From Armatimonadota bacterium (GTDB lineage Bacteria > Armatimonadota > SYMT01), in contig JBKBRF010000017.1 of NCBI GenBank assembly GCA_046292385.1, positions 61,360-125,359 of the forward strand: a stretch of 64,000 bases of DNA. Direction: 5' to 3'. Below, piece by piece: positions 1 to 9,737 of the stretch. Position 1 is the first letter of the stretch, and every line of letters begins with the position of its first letter. A model generated the notes under the pieces. The model had not been told where the DNA came from and did no database searches. It was given only the letters and a program-made list of their open reading frames with translations. Made by a program: the position numbers and the translations under genes.

Positions 1-1
1 C

Positions 2-433
2 TACTTCCTGGCGCGGACTCTGTTCCAGCGCGAGCAGCTGCCGGAGGCGGAGCGAGAGTTCAAGCTCACGCTTTCGCTGCTTGCCGCCGGAGCCCGGCAG
101 AGTCCCGGAATCATGGATGGCTTTCTGAACAACTCGGCGCGCTGGCTGAGCTTCGTCAAGAGCGCCCACCACTACCTGGGGCAGATCGCCTACCGCAGCC
201 GGCGGGACGCCGAGGCGGCACGCTACCGCGCAGTGCACGAAGACATCAAGCGGTACCTCGAAGTGACGAGGGAGCCGTTTCGCATGCTGACGGTGGACGC
301 GAACGATCCGGCCGCCAGGGCGGCGCTGAGTAAGATCTACGTGCGCTTTGGCTTCCCCAGGAGCGGTCCGGACGGCGCCGCCGCGGCCCGCCGGTGGATT
401 CCCTCGGTGGCGGAGCCGAAGGGCGATGAGTAG
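2..433 (+). CDS. C-terminal part of a probable TPR-containing protein (5' truncated by window)
   Basis: Frame +2 is open from the window start (YFLARTLFQREQLPEAEREFK..., AHHYLGQIAY are TPR-like). Its stop overlaps the start of the next gene. Confidence 0.6.
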   Translation, partial: YFLARTLFQREQLPEAEREFKLTLSLLAAGARQSPGIMDGFLNNSARWLSFVKSAHHYLGQIAYRSRRDAEAARYRAVHEDIKRYLEVTREPFRMLTVDANDPAARAALSKIYVRFGFPRSGPDGAAAARRWIPSVAEPKGDE

Positions 434-2117
434 GCTCCGCACCGGCTGGCTGCTGGCGTGGGCTCTGGCCGCCCTGGCGCTGGCGGGCTGCGAGTGGACG
501 CGCGCCGCCGCCCCGAGCGCGGATCCGGGGTCCGCCCCGGAGCTCTCCGTGCCCTTTGAAGAGGTCTCGGCGGCGGCGGGAGTGGAGCTCGTGCAGGGCC
601 ATCCGGACCGCCTGCTCGACATCCGGGAGGTGACGGGCAGCGGCGCCGGCTTCCTCGACTTCGATGCGGACGGAGACCTCGACCTGGTCCTGCTGGCAAC
701 GGATCGCTGCGCGCTCTACCGGAACGAGGGGAGCGGTCGCTTTCAGGACGTTAGCGCGACCGCGGGACTCCCGCAGAAGGGGCAGTGGACCGCCTGCGCT
801 GCCGGGGACTACGACGCCGACGGGTTTCCGGACCTGTTCCTGAACGGCTTCGATTGCGTGGCGCTTCTGCACAATGAAGGGGGGAAGCGGTTCCGAGACG
901 TCACCGCCGCGGCCGGGTTGACGATCCCCAGCCTTCCGGAGCCCCACTTCGGCGTTAGCGCCGGCTGGGCCGATTACGATCGTGACGGGCAGCTGGACCT
1001 GTACGTGGGACGTTACGTCCGCTTCGGACCCAAGTCGCCGCGGTTCTGCCCCTCGCGGACGGGGGGGCTCGTAACCTGTGGCCCCGCGTACTACCAGCCG
1101 CAAATCGGCGCGCTCTACCGCAACGTGGGGGGCGGCCGGTTCGAGGAAGTCACCGAGTCCACCGGAGCGCATCGCGTAGACGGAAAGACGTGGGGCGTGC
1201 GGTGGCTCGACTTCGACGACGACGGGTGGGACGATCTGTACCTGGCGAACGACGAAGTGGCGGGCAACCTGCTCCGGAACGTGGCTGGCAAGCGCTTCGA
1301 GGACGTGGCGGTTGCAGCCGGGGCCGCTTACGATCGGGACGGCCGCGTACATGGTGGGATGGGGGTCGACTCCGGCGACTTCGACGGGGACGGACGGCTC
1401 GACCTGATCGTCACCACGTTCGTGCGGGAGTCGTATAGCCTCTATCGCAACCTGGACGGGCGTACTTTCACCGACGTTGCCCCCGTTACCGACCTCGCCC
1501 AGCCGACGCATGCGCCGTCGGGCTGGGGGACCAAGCTGTTCGACTACGACAACGACGGTCGGCTCGACGTGATGTTCGTCAACGGCCACGCCACCGATAC
1601 CGACACCAATCCGCAGGTCCGCGCCGACCTCGAGCAGTCGATGCAGCTCTTCCGCAACGAAGGGAAGCGGTTCCAGAGTGTTCCCCTGGGAGCCCTGGCG
1701 AAGCCGATCGTGGGGCGCGGCGCGGCATTCGGGGACTACGATAACGACGGCTTCTGCGACGTGGCCGTCATCGACATGGAAGGCCGCGCGCTCCTCCTCC
1801 GGAACCGCGGCGCCTCCGCCCCGGGCGGGGCCCACTGGATCGGCTTCCGGCTGGAGGGCGGAAACGGGAACCGGGACGCCCTGGGCGCGCGGGTCACGCT
1901 GCAGGCGGGCGGACGGAGCCAGGTGGCGGAGGTCCGCACCTGCGGGAGCGTCTTCTCCACGCACGACCCGCGGGTCCGGTTCGGCCTCGGCCCCTCCGCG
2001 GAGGTGCAGGAAGTGTCGGTGCGGTGGCCGGACGGAAAGCTGGAGCGCTTCACCGGGCTCGCGGCGGATCGGTATCACACGCTGACGCAGGGAAGGGGCG
2101 CGGCGGCGAAGCCGTGA
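426..2117 (+). CDS. CRTAC1-family / FG-GAP repeat protein with C-terminal ASPIC-UnbV domain, probable lipoprotein
   Basis: Repeated DFDADGDLDL/DYDNDGRLD motifs, C-terminal NRDALGARV...VRFGLG...VRWPDG, and lipobox LAGC. Start taken as ATG 426. Confidence 0.9.
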   Translation: MSRLRTGWLLAWALAALALAGCEWTRAAAPSADPGSAPELSVPFEEVSAAAGVELVQGHPDRLLDIREVTGSGAGFLDFDADGDLDLVLLATDRCALYRNEGSGRFQDVSATAGLPQKGQWTACAAGDYDADGFPDLFLNGFDCVALLHNEGGKRFRDVTAAAGLTIPSLPEPHFGVSAGWADYDRDGQLDLYVGRYVRFGPKSPRFCPSRTGGLVTCGPAYYQPQIGALYRNVGGGRFEEVTESTGAHRVDGKTWGVRWLDFDDDGWDDLYLANDEVAGNLLRNVAGKRFEDVAVAAGAAYDRDGRVHGGMGVDSGDFDGDGRLDLIVTTFVRESYSLYRNLDGRTFTDVAPVTDLAQPTHAPSGWGTKLFDYDNDGRLDVMFVNGHATDTDTNPQVRADLEQSMQLFRNEGKRFQSVPLGALAKPIVGRGAAFGDYDNDGFCDVAVIDMEGRALLLRNRGASAPGGAHWIGFRLEGGNGNRDALGARVTLQAGGRSQVAEVRTCGSVFSTHDPRVRFGLGPSAEVQEVSVRWPDGKLERFTGLAADRYHTLTQGRGAAAKP

Positions 2118-2205
2118 ACTTGCTCTGCGGAGCGGTGCGTGAAGCCGGACCGCTCCGCGGCCCGCGCGACCGGCGCGGCCGCGGCCCCGGAAGCGGTCGC
2201 CCCTG

Positions 2206-5013
2206 ATGAACCTCTGGACCCTCGTCCTGCTCTGCTGCGTCCTTCTCTCGGCTGCCGGCGTCGCCGGCCCGGCCGACGCGCGCGACGGCGACGGTGCGAT
2301 CCGCCCCGTCGCGCTGACCTGCGAGTACGCGGTGAACCCGCTCGGAGTCGACTCTCCCGCGCCCGCGCTCGGCTGGCAGCTCCGCGCGGCCGACCCGAAG
2401 GCGCGCGGCCTGTCGCAGTCCGCCTACCAGGTCCAGGTCGCCACCTCCCCCGCGCAGCTCCGCGCCGGCAAAGCCGACGTGTGGGACAGCGGCCGGGTGG
2501 AGTCCGCGGAGAGCGTGCAGGTGCCGTACGGCGGCCGGCCGCTCCGCTCCGGCGAGCGGGTCTACTGGCGGGTGCGGGCCTGGGACACGGCGGGAGCGCC
2601 TTCGCCCTGGAGCGAAGCGGCCTGGTGGGAGATGGGGCTGCTGCGGCCGGAAGACTGGTCCGCCCGCTGGATCGTCCGCGCGAACGACACCCCGCCGGCC
2701 GATCCGTATGGTGACGATCCGGCGCCGCTGCTGCGGCGGGAGTTTACGCTCAAGGCGAAACCGGCCCGCGCCCGCGTCTACGTGAGCGGCCTCGGCTACT
2801 ATGAGCTGCGGCTGAACGGGGAGCGGGTGGGCGACCGCGTCCTCGACCCGGCGTGGACCACCTACTCGGAGCGGGTCTTCTACTCCGTCTACGACGTGAC
2901 CGACCGGCTGCAGCGCGGCCGGAACGCGCTGGGCGCCATGCTCGGGGGCGGCTGGTACGACCCGCTCCCGCTGCCGCTCTTCAACCGCTTCAACCCGCGC
3001 GACGTGCTGCCGGTCGGCCCCATGCGCCTGGTCCTGCAGCTCGAGGTGGAGTACCCGGACGGCAGCCGCGAGCGGGTGGTGACCGACGACTCCTGGAAGG
3101 CGGCGGAAGGCCCCGTGGTCCGGAACAGCGTCTACCTGGGCGAGCACTACGACGCCCGCCGGGAGCAGCGGGGCTGGGACCGTCCCGGCTTCGACGACTC
3201 GGCGTGGGGCCCGGTCGCCCTCGCTTCCGGAGAGCTCGGCCCGCTGCAGGCGCAGCCTCTCGAGCCAATCCGGTTGGCGCGGACGGTCGAGACCGTCGCC
3301 CTCTCCGAGCCGCAGCCGGGCGTCTACATCTTCGACCTGGGCCAGAACCTGGCGGGCTGGGCGACCCTGCGCGTGAAGGGCCCCGCCGGGACGCAGGTGC
3401 GGATGCGCTACGGGGAGCTGCTGCATAAGGACGGCACGCTGAACCCGATGACCTCCGTCACCGGCCAGCTCAAGCAGGGCCGCCCCTTCCCCAACTCGGA
3501 GCGCCCGCCGATCGCCTGGCAGGAAGACCGCTACGTGCTGCGGGGCGGCGGGATGGAGGAGTACACGCCGCGCTTCACCTTCCACGGCTTCCGCTACGTG
3601 GAGGTGACCGGCTATCCCGGCAAGCCGGAGCGGAGCGCCGTGCGCGGCCACCTGCTCCACTCCGCCGTGGCGAGCGCCGGCGACTTCTCCTGCTCCAGCG
3701 AGCTGTTCAACCGGATCCAGGAGATGGTCCGCTGGACGCAGCTCAGCAACATGTTCAGCGTCCAGTCCGACTGCCCCCACCGGGAGAAGCTCGGCTACGG
3801 CGGGGATATCGTCGCCGCCAGCGAGATGGGGATGCTGAACTTCGACATGGCGCGCTTCTACGCCAAGACGGTGCTCGACTTCGCCGACGCACAGCGCCCG
3901 AACGGCGGCTTTACGGAGACGGCGCCCTACCTCGGCATCGCGGACGAGGGGCTCGGCGGCGGCGCGGGACCGGTCGGCTGGGGCACGGCGCACCCGCTGC
4001 TCCTGGCGCAGCTTCACCAGTACTACGGTAACCGCCGCCTGCTGGCGGAGCAGTACGACCGGGCCGCGGCCTGGATGAAGCTGCTCCAGGAGCGGGCGGT
4101 CAACGGCATTCTGGACAACGGCATCAGCGACCACGAGAGCCTGGTCCCCAAGCCGCGCGCCCTCACCGGCACCGCCTTCTACTACTACAACGCGCGGCTG
4201 CTGGAGCGGATGGCGCGCGTGCTGGGCAAAGAGGCGGACGCGCAGCGCTACGCCTCCCTGGCGGGGGAGATCGCGGAGGCGTTCAACCGGCGCTTCCGCC
4301 GCCCGGTGCGCGGCCTTTACGACTCCGGCACCCAGGCGTGCCAGGCCTTCGCCCTCTACATGGACCTGGTCCCGCCGGAAGACCGGGAGCTGGCACTTCA
4401 GCACCTGGTGAGCGACGTGATGACGGTGCGGGGCGGGCACCTCTCCACCGGGATCTTCGGGACGAAATACCTGCTCCTCTCCCTGAGCGACCTGGGCCGC
4501 GCGGACGTGGCCTACACGATCGCCGGGCAGCGGACCTTCCCCGGCTGGGGCCACATGCTGGAGAACGGCGCCACCACGCTCTGGGAGCACTGGGAGCTCA
4601 GCGACAACACCTTCTCCCACAACCACCCGATGTTCGGAACGGTGAGCGAGTGGTTCTTCAAAGCGGTCGCCGGCATCCAGCCGCATCCGGACGCCGTCGG
4701 CTTCGACCGCGTGGTGATCCGGCCTCAGCCGGGCGGCGGCCTCACCTGGGCGAGGGGAGAGTACCGGTCGGTCCGCGGCCTCGTCTCCTCGCGTTGGAAA
4801 CGGGAGGGGGACCGCGTGAGCCTGGAGGTGGAGGTGCCGGTCAACGCCTCGGCCCTGGTCTACGTGCCGGCCCGCCGCGGGGAAGAAGTGCTGGAGGGCG
4901 GCCGCCCCGCGGCGGAGGCGCCCGGCGTGCGGCTCCTCCGGTGGGAGGGGAGCGCGGCGGTGTACGAAGTCGGCTCCGGGCGCTACCGGTTCTCCTCGCG
5001 TGGTATTCTTTAA
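2206..5013 (+). CDS. Alpha-L-rhamnosidase (GH78), secreted
   Basis: Signal peptide plus WDSG, FDLGQN, FTFHGFRYVE, SDCPHREKLGYGGD, GATTLWEHW and SHNHPMFG motifs. Confidence 0.93.
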   Translation: MNLWTLVLLCCVLLSAAGVAGPADARDGDGAIRPVALTCEYAVNPLGVDSPAPALGWQLRAADPKARGLSQSAYQVQVATSPAQLRAGKADVWDSGRVESAESVQVPYGGRPLRSGERVYWRVRAWDTAGAPSPWSEAAWWEMGLLRPEDWSARWIVRANDTPPADPYGDDPAPLLRREFTLKAKPARARVYVSGLGYYELRLNGERVGDRVLDPAWTTYSERVFYSVYDVTDRLQRGRNALGAMLGGGWYDPLPLPLFNRFNPRDVLPVGPMRLVLQLEVEYPDGSRERVVTDDSWKAAEGPVVRNSVYLGEHYDARREQRGWDRPGFDDSAWGPVALASGELGPLQAQPLEPIRLARTVETVALSEPQPGVYIFDLGQNLAGWATLRVKGPAGTQVRMRYGELLHKDGTLNPMTSVTGQLKQGRPFPNSERPPIAWQEDRYVLRGGGMEEYTPRFTFHGFRYVEVTGYPGKPERSAVRGHLLHSAVASAGDFSCSSELFNRIQEMVRWTQLSNMFSVQSDCPHREKLGYGGDIVAASEMGMLNFDMARFYAKTVLDFADAQRPNGGFTETAPYLGIADEGLGGGAGPVGWGTAHPLLLAQLHQYYGNRRLLAEQYDRAAAWMKLLQERAVNGILDNGISDHESLVPKPRALTGTAFYYYNARLLERMARVLGKEADAQRYASLAGEIAEAFNRRFRRPVRGLYDSGTQACQAFALYMDLVPPEDRELALQHLVSDVMTVRGGHLSTGIFGTKYLLLSLSDLGRADVAYTIAGQRTFPGWGHMLENGATTLWEHWELSDNTFSHNHPMFGTVSEWFFKAVAGIQPHPDAVGFDRVVIRPQPGGGLTWARGEYRSVRGLVSSRWKREGDRVSLEVEVPVNASALVYVPARRGEEVLEGGRPAAEAPGVRLLRWEGSAAVYEVGSGRYRFSSRGIL

Positions 5014-5072
5014 GAGCCTCTCAGAGGCGCGCTCGCCGCGCCCGCAGCCGAATACGCAACCGAGTAGTGACG

Positions 5073-6236
5073 ATGTCAGAAGAAAACGAGAACCCAGCCG
5101 AACAGCCGGGGCAGGAGCTCCGCGAGCATCTCTTCGAGGCGGACCTGGTCCAGCTTCCGCCGCCGGACAGCGACCTGGATGGGTTCCTGCCGAACTGGTT
5201 CGAGGGGAGTCTCCCCGCCCTGGTCTATCCCCCGCTCGCCGAGCGGAACCTGGCGGACGGGGACACGGTGGACCTGCAGATCACGCCGTACCACCTCTAC
5301 TACGGGGCGCTGCGAGAGCTGGCGGAGACCGCGGAGGCGGAGCGCGGCGACACGCTGCGCCGCCTGATCGGCGAGTGGAACCCGCAGGCCGCCTACGAGG
5401 TGTGCGAGATCGCGCGGCTCTACGTAGAGCACGATCCGGAGACCGCGCTGCTCCACTACGAGCTGGCGCTGGAGCTGGAGCCGGAGCTGTACGAGGCGAC
5501 GCAGGACGCCGGCATGTGCCAGTACGCGCTCTCGACGGTCGAAGAAGAGGACCCGGAAGAGCGGCGGGACGCCGCGGAAGAGCTGTTCCGGCGGGCGATC
5601 GAGCTGCGGCCGCAGTCCGGCCTCTCCTGGTGGAGCCTGGCCCGGCTGCTGAACGACCGGGGCGATGCTGCCGGCGCCCGGGGCGTGCTGGAGCAGTTCC
5701 TGCGGGAGCAGCCGGAGGGCGAGCACCGGGAAATGATCGAGCAGGCGCTGGGGGCCGGCTTCGAAGGGGAGCAGCCTTCCGACGAGCAACTGCTCTTCCA
5801 GCAGGCGCAGGCGCTGGCGTTCGGAGAGAACCCCGCGGAGGCGGTGGAGATGCTCACCCCGCTGGCGGAAGCCTATCCGGACAGCCCGCAAATCTGGTTC
5901 GTGCTGGGCGGCGCGCACCGCCGCGCGGGCGACTACGCGGAGGCGGAGCGCTGCCTGCGCCGCGCCTCCCGCCTGGCGCCGGCGGAGCCGTTCATCTGGT
6001 GGGAGCTGGCCAGCGCCTACGCGGAGACGGAGCAGTGGCGCGCGGCGGAAGACGCCAGCCGCCGGGGCCTGGAGTTCGACCCGGAAAACCCCGGCTTCCT
6101 GGTGGTGCTGGGCCGGGCGCTCCTGGGCCAGGGCGACCGCGAGGCAGCGGAGGACGCCATCTACCGCGCGCAGGAGCTGATCCCGGACGATCCGGAGGTC
6201 CAGGCCGCCGTCCAGGCCCTGGAGAGCTCCCGGTAG
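5073..6236 (+). CDS. Acidic tetratricopeptide repeat protein
   Basis: Multiple TPR-like helical repeats (A..LFRRAIELRP, AERCLRRASRLAP, RRGLEFDPENP). Start ATG 5073. Confidence 0.85.
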   Translation: MSEENENPAEQPGQELREHLFEADLVQLPPPDSDLDGFLPNWFEGSLPALVYPPLAERNLADGDTVDLQITPYHLYYGALRELAETAEAERGDTLRRLIGEWNPQAAYEVCEIARLYVEHDPETALLHYELALELEPELYEATQDAGMCQYALSTVEEEDPEERRDAAEELFRRAIELRPQSGLSWWSLARLLNDRGDAAGARGVLEQFLREQPEGEHREMIEQALGAGFEGEQPSDEQLLFQQAQALAFGENPAEAVEMLTPLAEAYPDSPQIWFVLGGAHRRAGDYAEAERCLRRASRLAPAEPFIWWELASAYAETEQWRAAEDASRRGLEFDPENPGFLVVLGRALLGQGDREAAEDAIYRAQELIPDDPEVQAAVQALESSR

Positions 6237-6265
6237 GGGTCGGCCCCCCGGCCAAGCGACTCTTG

Positions 6266-6311
6266 CGAACAGGCCCTCGACCCCGCCCCTCGGAGGTCGA
6301 GGGCCTGTTCG
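6266..6311. terminator. Perfect 17-bp stem-loop (terminator or REP-like)
   Basis: cgaacaggccctcgacc (6266-6282) pairs with ggtcgagggcctgttcg (6295-6311). No U-tract follows. Confidence 0.55.
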
Positions 6312-6379
6312 GCTAAGGTTTGGCCTCCCGGCCCCGCCCGGTACGTCAGACCAGGACCTGGGCGGGATCCGGGCCGCCG

Positions 6380-6946
6380 ATGATGTCGCAACTCCCTCTC
6401 TTCAGCACGGAGCCGGCGCTGCCGGACGGCTTCCGATACCGGCCCGACCTTGTCTCCGCCGAGGAGGAGCGGCTGCTGGTAGAGCACCTGCGGGAGCTCC
6501 CGTTCCAGGAGTTCCAGTTCCAGGGCTACGTGGGGAAGCGGCGGGTGGTCTCCTACGGCTGGCGCTACGACTTCAACCAGCGGGAGCTGCAGCCGGCGGA
6601 GCCGCTGCCGCCGTTCCTGCTTTCGGTGCGCGCTGCCGCCGCGGGCTGGGCGGAGATCGACCCTGCCCGGCTGGAGCACGTGCTGATCACGGAGTACGCG
6701 CCCGGAGCCGGCATCGGCTGGCACCGGGACAAGCGGGAATTCGGAGAGGTGATCGGCGTCTTGCTCCTCTCCCCCGCCCTCTTCCGCCTGCGGCGCCAGA
6801 CCGGCCACACCTGGGAGCGCGCTTCGCTCCGGCTGGAGCCCCGCTCCGCCTACCTGCTGCGCGGGCCGGCGCGCACCGAGTGGGAGCACAGCATCCCCGA
6901 AGCGGAGACGCTGCGATACTCGCTCACGTTCCGCACACTGCGGTAA
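6380..6946 (+). CDS. AlkB-like 2OG-Fe(II) dioxygenase
   Basis: Y.PGAGIGWHRD (HxD), WEHSIP (distal His) and RYSLTFR. Confidence 0.9.
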   Translation: MMSQLPLFSTEPALPDGFRYRPDLVSAEEERLLVEHLRELPFQEFQFQGYVGKRRVVSYGWRYDFNQRELQPAEPLPPFLLSVRAAAAGWAEIDPARLEHVLITEYAPGAGIGWHRDKREFGEVIGVLLLSPALFRLRRQTGHTWERASLRLEPRSAYLLRGPARTEWEHSIPEAETLRYSLTFRTLR

Positions 6947-7038
6947 CGATCGCGGGAGTCTCGCCACTCGCTGAATCCCGAGGGTGCGGTTATCATGGGG
7001 TGGATCGATCTCGCTGCTCCTGTTTCGCTCGCGACCCT

Positions 7039-8676
7039 ATGACAGAGCTCCTCGCCACCACCCATTCTCACCCGATCCTCGACGCGCTGCTCCTCGCGCA
7101 GGGGGAGGCGCTCGACCGCGCGCTGGAGGCCGCGTCGCCGGCGGTGGCGGCCCAGGCGGTCCGGGCCGCGCCGTCGCTGGAGCGCAAGACGCAGTTGCTC
7201 TGGGCGATGGATGACCGCCAGCGGCGCGAGGTGCTGGAGCTGGTGCCGGCGGCGCTGGTGGGGGCGCTCGTTCAGAACCTGGAGGAGGACAACCGGTACC
7301 TGCTGGGCGACCTCTCCCGGGAGCAGTTTCAGGCCCTCCTCTCGCTCTGCAGTCCGGAGCGGCAGTACTACTGGCTCGTCACCGCGCTCTCCTTCACGGA
7401 CGCCCGCGCCAACGCGCTGCCGCTGCTGCTGCCGTCCCGGCTGGTGGCGGAGATCCTGCTCACGCGTCCGGAGTTCGAAGACCACGTCCGCGCGCTGGGC
7501 GACTACCCGCTCGAAGAGCAGCGGATCCCCCCGGAGATGCTGACCGACCCGGCGCAGGCGCTGGTCGACTTCTTCGGGGCGGACAACCTGCTGCGCCAGT
7601 TCCCGATCCGCGACGAGCGGCTGGCAGGGGTGATCGGCAACATCCTCCACTGGGACGCCGACCGGTACGTTGACATCCTCCGCGAGGCGCTGCGGCAGAG
7701 CGACTACGCGGAGAACCACCCCCTGGAGTGGGAGACGCTGACCGAGGCCCCGGTGCTGCTGGATCGGATCGAGCCGGTCGGCCCCGAAGCGGAGGGGGAG
7801 ACGGCGTTCTCCGCCCTGGAGGAGATTCCGCTGGAGGACAGCGCCGTCGCCGTGGAAGGCCCGGCGCTCGATCTGGTGCCGATCGCCGCCGCCCCGCTCG
7901 CCCGGCTCACCGGGTCGCTCCCCGCGGTGCAGCAGCGGCGCGTGCGGGACGAGCTGCAGTACCTCTATATCCGGCAGGCCGTGGCGGAGGGCGGCTCGTT
8001 CTTGCGGGAGGACTTGCAGCGGGTCGCGCGGAGTGTGGAGGCGTACCTGCTGCTGGGACTCGAGGGAGAATCCGGCGGGGAAGAGGCGCGGCAGCCGGAG
8101 CTTTTGGCGAAGCGCCCGCTCCACAAGCTGGCAATGAGCGGCGCGCGGCTGGTGGAGCGCCTGCGGCAGGTGGCGCTGCGCGTGGCGCCGCTGGAGCGGG
8201 TGCTCGACGCGGAGCAGCGCGCGGTGATCCGCAGCCTCTCGCACCCGCGACTGACGGTCGACTCGACCGGCGAGCCCCGCCTGCAGCTGCTGCCGGTCGG
8301 GAGCCTGCCGGAGCTGGCCGACCTGGAGACCGCGACGCGACTGCTGCACGAGGTCGGCGCCTGGACCGCTTTCGCGCGGGGGCTGGGACTCGACGCCACC
8401 GAGCGGGCGCTGAAAGAAGCGGGGTCGCTGACGCGTCTACTGGAGCAGGTCGCGCTGGCGGGGGTGCTCTACTCCCGGCTGGAGGCGGGGCTGCCGGAGC
8501 CGGAGGACCGCGCCCGCTTCGAGCGGACCTACGTGGCCGGCGGGGGCCGCCGCCTCCCCGCGGCGCGGCTGGGCCTGCGGCGGACCGCCACCGCCTGGGC
8601 GCGGAACCGCGGCATCGATCCGGAGCTGGTGACGCCGCTCCTCGACGCCGCGCTCGACCGCCTCTCGGAATCGTAG
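7039..8676 (+). CDS. Conserved hypothetical protein, possibly DUF6178 family
   Basis: Long ORF with GC-biased codons. The segment YLLLGLEGESGG...LLAKRPLHKL resembles DUF6178 from memory. Confidence 0.55.
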   Translation: MTELLATTHSHPILDALLLAQGEALDRALEAASPAVAAQAVRAAPSLERKTQLLWAMDDRQRREVLELVPAALVGALVQNLEEDNRYLLGDLSREQFQALLSLCSPERQYYWLVTALSFTDARANALPLLLPSRLVAEILLTRPEFEDHVRALGDYPLEEQRIPPEMLTDPAQALVDFFGADNLLRQFPIRDERLAGVIGNILHWDADRYVDILREALRQSDYAENHPLEWETLTEAPVLLDRIEPVGPEAEGETAFSALEEIPLEDSAVAVEGPALDLVPIAAAPLARLTGSLPAVQQRRVRDELQYLYIRQAVAEGGSFLREDLQRVARSVEAYLLLGLEGESGGEEARQPELLAKRPLHKLAMSGARLVERLRQVALRVAPLERVLDAEQRAVIRSLSHPRLTVDSTGEPRLQLLPVGSLPELADLETATRLLHEVGAWTAFARGLGLDATERALKEAGSLTRLLEQVALAGVLYSRLEAGLPEPEDRARFERTYVAGGGRRLPAARLGLRRTATAWARNRGIDPELVTPLLDAALDRLSES

Positions 8677-8693
8677 CCTCGGGGAAAACCAGC

Positions 8694-9737
8694 GTGTCTC
8701 GCCCCACCACCACGTCTCGACTGCTCTCCCGGCGACAGCTCGGCGCCGCCGCGCTGGCGGCGGCCGGCCTGGCGGGCTGCAGACCCCGCGGAGGTGGGGC
8801 GGAGGTGGTGGTCTACACGTCGCTCGACGAGCCGTACGCCCGTCCGGTGCTGGAGGCGTTCACCCGCGAGACCGGGGTCCGCGCGGTGCCGGTGTTCGAC
8901 ACCGAGGCGACGAAGTCGCGCGGGCTGGCGCAGAAGCTGCTGGAGGAGCGGGACAACCCGCGCGGGGACGTCTTCTGGAGCTCCGAAGTGCTGCAGATGC
9001 TCCGGCTGAAGGAAGCGGGCGTGCTTGCGCCGTACCGCTCCCCCTCGGCGGAAGAGATTCCGGAGCAGTTCCGGGATCCGGACGGGCACTGGACCGGCTT
9101 CGCGGGCCGGTTCCGGGTGCTGGTCTACTACCGGCCGCGCGTCTCCGAGCCGCCGCAGTCGCTGCTCGACCTGACCGACCCCCGCTGGCGCGGCGAGGTG
9201 GCGATGGCGAATCCGGCCTTCGGCACCACCACCACGGAAGCGGTGGCGCTCTTTCAGATACTGGGCCCGGAGCGTGCGAAGGACTACTTCCGCGCCCGCG
9301 CCGCGAACGAGACGCGGATCGTGGACGGCAACAGCGTGGCGGCGGAGCGCACGGCCCGCGGCGACGTGCTGATCGGCCAGACCGATACGGATGACGCCTA
9401 CATCCGCATGGACGAGAGTGAGACGCTGGGGCTCGTCTTCCCGGACCAGAACGGCTTCGGGGCACTGATGATCCCGAACACCGCCGGTCTCATCGCGGGT
9501 GCGCCGCACGCGGAGCAGGGGCGGGCGTTCCTCGACTACCTGCTGCGGCCGGAGACCGAGCTGCTGCTGGCGGGGCTCCCCTCCAGGCAGCTTCCGCTGC
9601 ACCCGGGCCTGGAGGCGCGCCTTCCCGAGGCGGTGCGCCCGCTGGCCGACGTGAAGACGATGGACCTGAGCTATCCCCGGCTGCTGGAAGACTTCCAGGC
9701 GGCCGACCGGTTCCTCCGCGAGACGTTCGGATCGTGA
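8694..9737 (+). CDS. ABC transporter substrate-binding lipoprotein (Fe3+/AfuA-like family)
   Basis: Tat-like SRRQL signal with LAGC lipobox; VVVYTS, DVFWS, PYRSP and DLTDPRWRG motifs. GTG start. Confidence 0.85.
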   Translation: MSRPTTTSRLLSRRQLGAAALAAAGLAGCRPRGGGAEVVVYTSLDEPYARPVLEAFTRETGVRAVPVFDTEATKSRGLAQKLLEERDNPRGDVFWSSEVLQMLRLKEAGVLAPYRSPSAEEIPEQFRDPDGHWTGFAGRFRVLVYYRPRVSEPPQSLLDLTDPRWRGEVAMANPAFGTTTTEAVALFQILGPERAKDYFRARAANETRIVDGNSVAAERTARGDVLIGQTDTDDAYIRMDESETLGLVFPDQNGFGALMIPNTAGLIAGAPHAEQGRAFLDYLLRPETELLLAGLPSRQLPLHPGLEARLPEAVRPLADVKTMDLSYPRLLEDFQAADRFLRETFGS

